A DNA stretch of 63,588 nucleotides, counting the filler, from Choristocarpus tenellus KU-1152 (taxonomy: Eukaryota; Protista; Phaeophyceae): assembly GCA_964200185.2 (NCBI GenBank). It is 12 parts of 12 records of this genome, joined end to end, with 100 filler letters (N's around TTAATTAATTAA, not from the genome) between each part and the next. Parts side by side here need not be neighbours in the genome. Positions count along the whole stretch, not along the records: positions 1 to 2,708 come from CAXNAD020025439.1; positions 2,809 to 5,621 come from CAXNAD020024533.1; positions 5,722 to 9,174 come from CAXNAD020019937.1; positions 9,275 to 28,068 come from CAXNAD020000517.1; 8 more parts are not named here. One strand, 5' to 3'. Both the position numbers and the translations under genes were made by a program. Of this stretch, positions 1 to 10,940 are shown in pieces. Below the pieces are notes generated by a model, which was given only the letters and a program-made list of their open reading frames with translations, did not search any database and was not told where the DNA came from. Positions within the stretch are counted from its first letter, which is position 1. Each line of letters starts with the position of its first letter.

Positions 1-23
1 ACCCTTGGCTTCCCCCCCAACCT

Positions 24-217
24 GGCCCCAATGTTATGGCGCGGGGGGGGGGGGGGGGGGGGGTCTACACCAGGGTGTCCATTTTGGACCATAACCAGGA
101 AAAGTACACTTACATTATCCATCCAACGTATGCAACCAAATCACACCCAAAAACCGCGACATGAAAAAAATATCCCGAAATGGACTGCCATCACCCCCCA
201 CCCAGATACTTTGTGCC
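24..217 (+). mobile_element. MITE family B copy (left end diverged)
   Basis: Poly-G, GTCTACACCAGGGTGTCCATTT...CCCAGATACTTTGTGCC; matches the copies at 42161 and 45904. Confidence 0.88.
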
Positions 218-808
218 TTACCAAGTGGTCCATAGTAGGCCTCAGTTGATTTGAACATCTTTGTCAACAAGACGAACGGGTGTGATAAGAGGTGAAATCG
301 GATTTCCCTACGGAAATAAATGGGTTCCGTAGGGCCTTTCAATGGCCGCAATTCGCCACACACACCTTTGTCTCGGTAACAAACAAACGAATGTGACTGT
401 ACAGTCCCTGTTTGTTCCTCGCCAACCCAAAAATAATAATAGCCCAATGGATATGATAGCCCCATATATATGCTCTACGTGTTTGTAAACTGATCACTAC
501 TATATGCAGGAAAAACATTGATCTTGATTAATCTTTTGCATCAACACAAGACTTTTGAAACGGTCGGGAATAACGTCCTCTGCACAATGTTAAGAATAAC
601 GTCCTGCACAATGTTATTAAGCCTGGAGCTTTTATCTACAGAGTAAAACGTTTCTACCCTTGATTCAAACCACTTTGATCTTGGACTGCCTTTTGTCGGA
701 TACGGATAGGGTTAGTCAACGCACTCCAATAGACAAAGGGCATGTTCTGAATCCAGAGAAGTATTAGTGGTGGTAGTAGTGTTCGGCACTGCACACACAA
801 CATGATAT

Positions 809-1095
809 GAGTCAAAAACAACCTAGAGGAGCGTCTGCGTTTCGGTGGTCTTGGCCATAAAATCGGGTCGCTCAAAACTGTGTTTTTAAGGAAATTTTAA
901 CACATCTCGAAGAAGGCTATCGACAAGGATAACTTGTTTTTTTTCTTTTTTTCAGCAAAGTGAACGTGTACACTAAATTCCCAAAACGTACTCCATTGCA
1001 CCTGTGGAATCTGCGCTCCCAAAAGGTGACAACGGAAAGTCAGAGGGGCCCTTAACATCCAGCGACACCCCCCCCCCTCTCGGCTACTTTGGCTC
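809..1095 (+). mobile_element. Old MITE with related termini (possible fifth family)
   Basis: GAGTCAAAAAC...CCCCCCTCTCGGCTACTTTGGCTC, flanks ATAT/ATGT. Only one copy in the window. Confidence 0.5.
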
Positions 1096-2708
1096 ATGTA
1101 TGATATGGCGACAGATCAAACGGAGACAACAATGCCTGCCGTGAAGGTAGACATGATCACTCATTGTGCATATTGTAGTAGTACAAAGTAGCACCAGCCC
1201 TTTGCCACTTGAAAGAAACTGAAGTTGCCTTTGAACCTCATTACCTTGCATACTTGTGCCAGGGATGGATACAGGCTCCATTTTTGTGACTGTTTTTCTG
1301 ATTTTGCATTGCCCGTTCTACCTTTTTGCCTCACTACTACCCTCCAAACAAAATTCTCAGCAAGGGTTTGCTCAGTGACTCACCAAGTGAGACTACTGTC
1401 TGTGATGGAGGAGGGGGAGGTAGGTATTACTAACCTCCTTCGCCACCACCCCCTAGGGAATCTCAATAGCTTTGTGAATCTGAAAGTGTCGTGGTTTGTT
1501 TCATGATAGCAATGTTGATTCCGACGATAATAGGACAATTGCTTGCGCTTGGCCTCCGTCCCCAACTAGAGCTCTGCCCCTGGGATAGTGGAACTTTGAC
1601 CAAGATCAGAGGTCTTTGCTCCTCCACCAACACACAACAGTTGACGGAAAAGCTTCGTTTTTCTGTTCTGGTCGTGTGCATATTTTTACATAATATAATC
1701 AACTTATGTACGAGCAGGTTGAGTAAATTATACATACTTAACTACTACGTACACAGATCGGATGACTCTCACACGCCGATCGATACATACGCTGTGGGAA
1801 AAAAGAAGAAGAGAACAGTTAGGAAGAGCTATTAGAACCATTTATATATGTAAATATCTGATTTTTAAAGAATTAAAAGAATAGAAGTTGAGGAATCTCT
1901 AAATGTAGTGGAAAATTGACACTCATGTAATAATTTTTATCTTTTTTGGCCGAAGGGGAGTAATATCATCGAATAATATTATTGATCAAGAATTATCAAT
2001 TCTGTCACTGCATACAGACTCATGCATACATGCCATACATCAGAAAACAAAACTTTGCAACTCGATGCAATTTTTTTCTTTTTCTACCCAATTAGCTATC
2101 TGGCTCTAACAGAGGTCGTAAACAGAGTCGAAATGCCATGAATACGCATGTAAAAAATAAATATATATATATATTATATCAAGAAGGTACACTTTTGTTT
2201 GTTTCCCTGCACACACAAGTAGCCCTATCTAGACGTGTCATGCGTTTTAAGTTGGAGACCCTAGCGGAGGGGGGGGAGATGGTCAAGGCAAGGGCAAGGA
2301 GGGGGGCTTGATAGATTCTTGGTATGCTTCCCTACCTCCTCACGCTGGGGTACAGGAGGACTAAGCTAGGTTGGAGGCACAGGAAGGCAGTGGTGCACAG
2401 CAGCAGAGGTGGTAGTAAAATAATAAAATAGTAAATTGATCGAACGCCTTTCACACTTAGGGTTAGGGTTATACTTTGTTAGGGGTTGTTCTGACATGCG
2501 AACAGATTGCATTGGTTTTTCCTCCACCGACGCACCTGAAAAAATGTCAGAGGGCGTAATAATAATAATAATAATAATAAAAAAATATTATAGATACATA
2601 CGATCCTTGTAAAACTGTGTGAGCACGGAAAAATATCTGTACTTGATGCATTGATGAGGCGAAAGCGGGGGGGGGGGGGGGGGGGGGGGGAAGAAGGAGA
2701 GGAAGGGA

Positions 2709-2808
2709 NNNNNNNNNNNNNNNNNNNNNNNNNNNNNNNNNNNNNNNNNNNNTTAATTAATTAANNNNNNNNNNNNNNNNNNNNNNNNNNNNNNNNNNNN
2801 NNNNNNNN
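2709..2808. other. Artificial contig-joining spacer N44-TTAATTAATTAA-N44 (first of 11; others at 5622-5721, 9175-9274, 28069-28168, 34168-34267, 37948-38047, 41595-41694, 44557-44656, 49685-49784, 56276-56375, 60651-60750)
   Basis: The same 100-nt structure recurs 11 times. The central 12-mer puts stop codons in all six frames, as expected of an assembly concatenation linker. Confidence 0.97.
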
Positions 2809-2813
2809 ACGTT

Positions 2814-3374
2814 ATGTCGGACACTACTACCCCCACACCTGCTGCAACATCACATACCAGCAGCAATAACAAAGAGAAGTCTGCAACTCGCAAGGGGGAG
2901 AAGAAGACGACCCATGCAACGCCAACAACTGAAGGAGGTAATAAGGGGGGTAGTATAAACGCCCAACCTCAACCGAGTCCCGCGTATATTTCTGTAGACA
3001 GAGGCATCCCTGGTGGCTCGCTAGAGCAGGAAGGGATGGCGGAGCGGAGGCTGAGGGAAGGCCCTGCCCGTAATTCGGGCCTGAACCGGTTCGGCGTGTT
3101 GACTGAAGATCACGAGGAAAAAGGCGAACACAGTGCGGTGGCGACGTTGGATATCCAGACGTACATGAATCGCCAACTCGTCTACGCCAAGATTGTCGAT
3201 GAGGCGATTGAGGGGACTTCGCATGACAAAGATTTGGTGGCAGCGGCCATGCAAACTTCAAATATGAAGATGAGTATATTTCCCCACCCTACCTCGAGCA
3301 TATTCACTGGGGCTAGGTACTTGATCCTTGATCATGATATATCTTCTCACGAAGACTCACCACATGAGTTCTGA
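2814..3374 (+). CDS. Low-complexity ORF, possibly an N-terminal fragment of a non-LTR retrotransposon ORF1
   Basis: A 186-codon intronless ORF with a disordered N-terminus and an NRFGVL motif of the kind common in LINE ORF1 proteins. It abuts the gypsy relic. Confidence 0.35.
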   Translation: MSDTTTPTPAATSHTSSNNKEKSATRKGEKKTTHATPTTEGGNKGGSINAQPQPSPAYISVDRGIPGGSLEQEGMAERRLREGPARNSGLNRFGVLTEDHEEKGEHSAVATLDIQTYMNRQLVYAKIVDEAIEGTSHDKDLVAAAMQTSNMKMSIFPHPTSSIFTGARYLILDHDISSHEDSPHEF

Positions 3375-3909
3375 AACACAGGCTTTGTCCTATTCCCCTG
3401 TTGCCAAATTTCAAAAGTGGGTTAGACATTTCCCTCATGTATAGCTACAACAACCACAAAAAGCGTTCAATTTGTTAGCTATTATTGGTGATCGAAGCAA
3501 ATACTGCCTGTCAGAAATCTCTATTATTCCTCCAATAAACCCCTGCAGGGTAACATAGAACTATAGGAGGAGAGAGTGAGAAATGAGAGAATACAGAGAT
3601 GCCCTACTGATTCTGTTTCCCTGGAAACTATACGTCTAGGAAGTCAAAGAAAACTAGGGACTTAGTGTTTTGGGCAGACTCAGATGTGGGAGAGAGAAAA
3701 TAAGATCCAACACTGCAAATACTAAGATCAGCACACCAAAAGTTGCCACAAGCAGGACATGTAACAACTGTTGCATCAGCTCTTTCTTTTTCTCCACAAC
3801 CAAAATTTTGGACGTGAGTGACATGTCTTTTACACCTCAAATGTGTTGTTCCACGTTTTCATACTGTTGACACACATCAGCAATCCAACACTATTCTAAC
3901 TCCCCTCGC

Positions 3910-5129
3910 GTGCTCAATGTGTCATCTCACCGCGTAAGAATACCTGGGTATGTTGAAAATGAACCTCTAATGAGCATTACTGTTGATACTGCTACTGACA
4001 TTCCAGTAATATCTCTCAGATACATTGAAGCCCACCCAACACTTTGCAAGGCACCCGTTCGGGAGATTCCAGCAGGCGCTCTGAATTTAATAGGAGCGAC
4101 TGGTAGACCTCTCTCTGTAACTGGTTTCATTCAATTTACACTACAACTTGGTGACATATCAATGCCTGTCCAAGCAGTGGTCATACCTAATCTGGGAGTA
4201 CATAAAAGCAGTGGTCATACCTAATCTGGGAGTACATAAAATTTTGTTGGATAACAGCATTATGTCGGCATTTGGGGCAGTGCTAGGAGTGAAAGTATCT
4301 TAGAGGTACGAGTTTTGCCCTGTTTGTCCATTTGGAGCTTGGCTTCCCATGGGTTTTATTGTGACATTTTCCTACTCCAACATGTTTAGGAGTACGTAAA
4401 ATGAGTACATTAAGAAAAGGTGTGTCCAGAACAAGGATACTGACACTCCCTAGCAAAAACGATAGCCAAATTACATCAAAATCGCAACATTGGATTGGCA
4501 TCCAAATGGACGCGGCCCTACCCTCTAAGATACTTTGGCTCCTAGATTGGGATAGAGAGAGGATGTCATTTAAAGGCAGTGATCAATGCATTCCAGCAGA
4601 ACACAAAATCGTACCCCTTCCCATCTGTTCCCCCCCAAAAGATTTTTGCCAGACAGAAAATGTATCTCATTTTTCAATATCAGTAATCACATCTGAATTC
4701 AATACACCAGTGCACACAGTAAAAAATATATTCCTTCCCCCTGGCATGGAAACGCTTGTTCCAGTTTGTTCTCAGGCACTTCGAGGAACAGCTACCAATG
4801 CAGTAGTGGAACCTATCATTTACACTGGCACAGACCTCCAGCATGAGGATGACATACATCCCCACTGGCAACACATAATGGTCAGTCGTACCCTCACTGT
4901 TTGGGAAGAAGATGGAGGATGTCTAGTCAAAATTGCCAATTTGTCACAAAAAAGGATCAAGTTACCAGCAGAGTTTGTAGTTGGTCATGTTTCCCCTGTA
5001 CCACAAACATATACCTTGTCAGACACCCACATGGACAGCTGTCAACCCAACAAGCTAATCATCACACTACCCTCATGTGGACATACTCCGGAAAATCATC
5101 ACATAGCCCCTCAAGAAACATTATACTAA
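3910..5129 (+). mobile_element. Ty3/gypsy-like pol remnant (retropepsin plus downstream spacer), broken by a 34-bp tandem duplication and a MITE
   Basis: Active-site-like ITVDTATDIPVIS and flap LIGATG. Removing the duplication (4172-4205/4206-4239) and the MITE (4287-4541 plus one CTAG) restores ...IPNLGVHKILLDNSIMSAFGAVLDWDRERMSF..., a typical retropepsin C-terminus. Confidence 0.8.
4287..4541 (+). mobile_element. MITE family A, copy A1 (TSD CTAG)
   Basis: TIRs GAGTGAAAGTATCTTAGAGG...CCCTCTAAGATACTTTGGCTC; CTAG flanks both ends. Confidence 0.95.
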
Positions 5130-5721
5130 CCCTTTGAAAATATGGAATTACAACAATATTCATCACCATACAACAAATAAAACTGCAAGGCGAACTCCAA
5201 TTAATCCGACTAATCCAAAACCCGTTAGTCTCATGCCTCCCTACTATGGATGTAGACATTTGTTCACCTCACGAAGCACAAACCACCACTTAACCCTAAT
5301 CAATGACCATTTCTTTCAATACTTCAATTGAACAAAAGCACATGAAAATGGGCACTTTCGACTATGTACCAAAAAAACCTAACCCCAACCACTTACCTTT
5401 CGTTATTTCGAGTCCAGAATTCAAAAATCTTCAAAGCAGTGGCGCTCCACTTTAGCTGGGCTTAAGCCCTACCACGACCATAACCAAATGTGTAATCCAC
5501 ACAAACGCCCACGAAACACACCTTCAACCCCCCTCATACAAGCAACTTATCCGAGGAATGCGATATGGTAAAATGGACCCCGAATGGACACCCCCCCCCC
5601 CCAAACGCAATGGGCCTTCCCNNNNNNNNNNNNNNNNNNNNNNNNNNNNNNNNNNNNNNNNNNNNTTAATTAATTAANNNNNNNNNNNNNNNNNNNNNNN
5701 NNNNNNNNNNNNNNNNNNNNN

Positions 5722-8700
5722 GTGACCTATCTGGCTGACCTATGCAAGTGCATACTCTCTGGGCAGTGGGGCGTGTTTGGAGAGGTGGGAGAGGATGGGA
5801 CATGGAGGCTGCGGCTAAATGAGTTTGCCCATGTTCTGAAGATGGCATCCAGGGTCCCGGATGGTGTGGAAGGGACTCTCCTGCGGCGATTGGACTCTCT
5901 CCCTTACACGGCTAGACAGGTGTAGTCCTTACAGGCATGCTGGGAGGAGGTGTTAGGGTTAAGGTTGGGAAATTGGAGAGGATAGATGTCGAGTGTGTTA
6001 TGTTTGTGTGTGTGTGTGTGTTAATGCATGGCAGTGATGTTTGGTCTGCCTTCTTGCATTGCCAAGCTGTTGGTGGTTTGTGGTATTCTGATTTTTTTCT
6101 TTTACATGGCTTTGCTGGGACACATCACGGACATAGATCAATGCCTTTTGTTCTTAGCACTCACAGTGCACACCTTGGAAATTTGTATTTACTGCTTGTT
6201 TATAAAGGTGGTTCTTCGGGTGGTATGCATCACTGTGATTGGAGGAAGGGGAGCCATGGACCTCCTTCTTCACCTCCTCACACATGTTGCGCCCTTCAGT
6301 CAGGCAAGAAACACACTGCTATGCCCTCCCCCCCCCCTTGGTTCTTTTTGCTTGCACGCAGCCTTACATTATTCCTGTCATACTAGGGAAATTTCTGCAA
6401 AAAGTCCTGTGGCAGTGCAGGGGTGGAGTTTTTTTACGTTGTCAAGATGTATCAGCAATTATTTAAGTTGTGTGCCTCCAGGTTACTTGTTTCTCCTCTG
6501 GGCAAAAAGGTTGGTGATGTGCGAATATGCATAGGTTCTGGAAACTAAAAGTACCTGATAGAGTAAACGTCCCTGCGCAATTGTAGAACACCTACCAACA
6601 CGTGTCCTCCGTTTCTATCCCCTCTTGACGCAAGACCCTTGTGCTTCTCTGCTAGGCCAATAATCACCTCCGACTTGTTGTATCCTCTCTGCAAACCCAA
6701 CATCTTAACATACAACCATATCATCCCCACACTTTCCTCTCACTCCCATTTTCCAGTATTGGGAGGCAGTGGTAAGATCTCATTCGCTGATGAATGCCCA
6801 CCATGGTGGACACAGCAGACTCTCTGTTGAGGGGAGTACATACAGCGGAGTACTAAACAATACGGCACATGATCCCAATCGACGCTTTAGTTATCCTTCC
6901 CGACGTGTAAAACCTGTTGCAATGAATGGGAAAGGGATTGGAGGAGCTAAGGGTTCCTCCTATGAAGGTGAGGGAGGTGGTTGGTGTTCTGGGGTAGGGG
7001 AGGATGGGATGGTTCTGGTGAGGTGATCGGTGATTGAGAGTAGTTGTGTCCTTTGAAATCTTTGCTTCTCTTGAGTGCACCTTTTCGCCTTGCACATCCT
7101 GGTATTAACCCTAACCCTCTGGATCACAGTGGTGCGGAGTACATGCCCCTGCAATCTGAAAGTAATTGAGTGAATCACCTCTAGTGTTGTGTGCAGGAGG
7201 AGGCGTTTTAGCTGAAATTTGGTGCTGCTTTCATGCTTGTGTAGGTGGTACTAGTCCTCCACAATCATTTAACCACTTCCCCTCTCTATTAAGGTTTGTG
7301 AGGGTGGTTAGTGTGCGATGGTTGGGAAATACTTAAGCCATAGAGGAGTGACTCACTGGTGTGTGTTCAGTGATTGGCCCTGAGAGGCGTGCTTGAGTCC
7401 TAAGTTAATGCCTCAGCCCTGAACCAGCACTTCCATCCCAATTGCCTTGTATTGCCCTTTGGTGGAACTGCCACCTCCCCCAGGAAGTAGGCAGGCACTG
7501 TTGGTCTATTTAGAGTTGCTGGAAACGGGAGGCTTCTTGAGGGTTGAGCAAGGAAATCAGAGCTTTGTGTGTGATGATATGATGCTTCTTGACAAGGTAA
7601 TTGGTCGTTTCAGAGTTGTCAATTGCCAAAAAGGATATGAATCTATTGGATTGTTGTGTGTGTGGTATCTCAAATGGATGATGACGCCTGTTGATGAGGA
7701 AAGTTCTTTGTGGGTTTCTAATATGTCGAGTAGCCCTTTCCCAGCAAAGAGTCTGGGATACTGCAAATATTAGGTGGGTGGAGGAGTGGGAAGTGAACAG
7801 GGAGAAAGAGATGTGGAGATTGAGGCAAATAAAGCTTGAGCACTAATTGGTGGAAGATTTTTTTGAAGCATCGCTGGTGTTGCACCATTTGTTGAGGGCT
7901 GGGAGGCGGTTCAATGTGCACACATTTCAAGGTTACTGTACCAGACTGGCTCTTTGGAGTATTGGTCCATCTGGCTTTGTCTATAGAATGAGAGCCTGGA
8001 CTATAGTGCATCAGAGGTAGCAAAGTTTATTTTTGAGCTATCAATAGTTCAACCATGGCTCGATATCTTGACATACTTCAACTTACAATGTTTGTAACTG
8101 GTCTTAGGTTTATGCGAACACTCCGTTTAAGCTGCGGAAGGCTTTGCATAGGGAAGCTGCTGCATGGCTGTCAGACAGGTGCCTCCAAATAGATTCAACT
8201 GTGATGTGCATGAACTGGTTGCATCAGGGGTAAATGTATCAAATGTACTGTCATTGCCTTTCACATCCCTTGCACATTGCTAAGAGTTCAGCGTACTACT
8301 ATTCAATATCATCTGCTTTGATGTGCAAAGGGGTTTGGCTGTATGTTCTGGGGGGCGGGCGGGCGGGTGGGCGGGGGGGTTATCTGATGTGCACAGTCAA
8401 AAAGGAAGCAATCCTGGTGATCTGGCATCCCTCTCCCTGCATCCCACCTCACTGTGTCACACCTATGCAACAATATGTTTATCCCATGCAGGCATCGGAC
8501 CTCATTCAGGGACCGAGCTGAGGTGATGCCTGTTTTGATCCACCATCTCACTCAGGCTCATCAAGAGGGACGAGCTCAAGCCATGCTCGCGATCCTGAAG
8601 GTGGGGACTGGATTGGCGCCGTTGTGCTTGGAAAGAATGTGAATGGGTTGCTCAAATTGTGAACCTTCTGTGTCCTTTCTTCCTTTGTAGTGGGAATTGT

Positions 8701-9010
8701 ATTTTTCCAGCGTGCAACATAACCTGCATCCACCTTCAAAACTTTCACAAGGTTTTTGTCCTTGGCATGCCCATCTTGTGTCCCGTCCCCCTCTCCACCA
8801 ATCCCTGCACTAATAGGGCCTGTCAGTCTCTAATGCATGTGAATCATTCGTGGTGAATATGATCTACTGCGACGCTTTCTTTTCAAAAAAATTATAACGA
8901 TTATCAAGGTTCTTGGGGGGCGCTTCCTGGACCGCTGGGTCCTTCAGCATGTCCGCACCCTGGTGGCCATGAGAGAGAATGTTAATAACCCTGCCAGCAT
9001 GGAGTTCATG
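5722..9010 (+). CDS. STAND-class NTPase / soluble adenylyl cyclase (ADCY10)-like protein, region after the P-loop (partial; exons 5722-5919, 6208-6303, 6757-6967, 7484-7596, 8108-8178, 8492-8600, 8909-9010)
   Basis: Seven exons join in consistent phase (0,0,1,0,2,0); the second donor is GC (CAG|GCAAGA). The motifs VPDGVEGTLLRRLDSL..ARQ|VVLRV..VIG..MDLL, LELLETGGFL....SF, VYANTPFKLRKALHREAAAWL and LIHHLTQA occur in the order typical of adenylate-cyclase-associated AAA-ATPase/TPR proteins. The cyclase and P-loop parts lie outside this contig. Confidence 0.7.
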
Positions 9011-9296
9011 GTAAGTGGAGGCAATACCCAATTCTGTTGTGGACCCACACTACCCACACTACCCACACCCATCCTCAGTCTTCCCCTCCCCCCCCCCCCC
9101 CCCCCCCCCCCTTCTCTCGTTTGTTTTGTCTTTCTGATGTTTTTCATCTCTCTTTTTCTTTCTTTTTTTGTTTTNNNNNNNNNNNNNNNNNNNNNNNNNN
9201 NNNNNNNNNNNNNNNNNNTTAATTAATTAANNNNNNNNNNNNNNNNNNNNNNNNNNNNNNNNNNNNNNNNNNNNCCCCCCCCAGATACTTTGGGTC

Positions 9297-10568
9297 GTCC
9301 CCCTTCGCCACGATGTCGAGTGTTCCACCACCTCCAACTGCAACTTTTCCATCACGAGATTCCCAATTAAACATGTTTTTATTGGTTGTCATAAAATCAT
9401 CTGTGACTCTACTGTCCCAAATCCAAACCTCAACCCATGAAGGCCTCTTGAAGGGAAGTGAGTTTGCCTTACTAGCAAGATAACCCACTTGATTGGTTAT
9501 TGGAAAACCTGCCAATCTTGGTTGTCCTTCGCCAGATCCATCCGATTTTGGTCCTCCTCCCTTGTTCTTAGAACCATTCCCCCCCATCCGAATCCTCTTC
9601 TTCTGGATGTTTGGAGATTCCAGACCCCTTGACGATCCCAATTTTCTTTTCGGACATGCAAAGCTTTGGTGTCCTACATCCCCACATACAAAGCAAGTAA
9701 TACCCCCTTCACTCGCCTTCTGTTTCTTGATTTGTGAGCACTTGGATCGGAAGTGAGGTCCACCACATTCCCAACAATTGGGTTGCCCACCAGTGCATCT
9801 GGATTGCTGTCCTGCCACCAGTGTGCCAGCTCTCATCCCAGCCAATTCTGTCCCCCTTTGAATAGAGTGCAGCCGATATTTCTTTAGGACTAACTTTTCC
9901 AGTTTTATCCACCCCTCTGTCGACTTGTCATCATCTATCTGGGACAAGATGTCCAGATACTCTTCGCCGAGTGAATTTTTTAGCGAACCCACTGGATCTT
10001 CCTCTGTCACGGAACCTCCCAAGCTCTTCAGCTCCATTATAAGAGCCTCCTGCCAGTTAATCATGTCAACGGGATCTCCCCCAGGTTCCAGCACCATGTC
10101 TATCAATTGCCGTTTCACGAGATTTCTTTCCATTTGTCCAGAATGAGCATAATTTTTGACAAGTGCAACAAAAGCCTCACTTGGAGATTCATACTTGAGC
10201 ACGAGGTCCAAAGGAGGTCCTGTTGTCGCCTCCTGTAGTCCATTAATGGCGTACGTCATCGCATGGTGCAGATATGGTTCCACGCCTGTCGGGGAATACT
10301 CCAACAACAGTACCCTCAGATGTTCCTTCATTACCAGACACCATCACTAGATGGGGCTCACCAAAACTTACAGTAAATGACTCAGAATACCAAACGACTC
10401 AACGGTTCTCTAGCACACATCAGAAACACTCCGACTCTAACATTCCGCCAATTGTTTCAGGTCAAATACCCCGCCTAAATATCCTTAACATTCCGCAACA
10501 TCGTCCGTGCATACAGAAAACGTTAATTTTAATCATATTCTCACAAATGGTCAAGCATAATCTTGACA
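9297..10568 (-). mobile_element. Ty1/copia LTR retrotransposon 5' part (putative LTR ~10368-10568; gag-protease ORF 9297-10331)
   Basis: The ORF has a copia gag motif (AFVALVKNY...PGGDP), two zinc knuckles (CWECGGPHFRSKC, CFVCGDVGHQSFAC) and a copia-type protease WIWDSRVTDDFMT. It starts TGTCAAG at 10568 (minus strand), exactly where the adjacent mariner homology stops. A family-B MITE cuts it at 9296. Confidence 0.88.
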
Positions 10569-10940
10569 GGGGGGATCCTCGGTGGGGTGCGGGTACACAC
10601 CTTGCCCACCTTTGAGGACGTAAACCACTTCTCATCCGCATGCACCCAGTCATATAGATCCTCCACTAATACCCCACTTCTCACACTCCTGTGCGCGTGA
10701 CTGATGACAAAACCCAGCCTGTTGACTTTCTGCTAGTCTGAGAGGACTAGTTTAATCCACTGCTTGACCTTCTTCACCTTCTCAAACTTGCACAGATCCC
10801 ACATCAATGCAAGGGGGGTTCCAGCTTTGGCCGCCCATTTTCGGAAGGATGTGTGGTATACTGATGAGATATCCCAAATGTTGAGGACATTTGTACATCG
10901 CCCACATCCCCCCGTGCAACGTGCACAAGGTCCATGCATT
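10569..10940 (-). mobile_element. Degenerate Tc1/mariner transposase fragment (DD39D/plant-mariner-like)
   Basis: Reads KQWIKLVLSD*QKVNRLGFV...EDLYDWVHADEKWF, matching the IKP.LT...K..RL.F and VH.DEKWF motifs. It contains stops and frameshifts. Confidence 0.8.

Noticed and set aside
2753-2764. Repeated palindrome TTAATTAATTAA and ORFs ending X...LIN
   Set aside because: This is the artificial linker inside the N-runs, not biological sequence.
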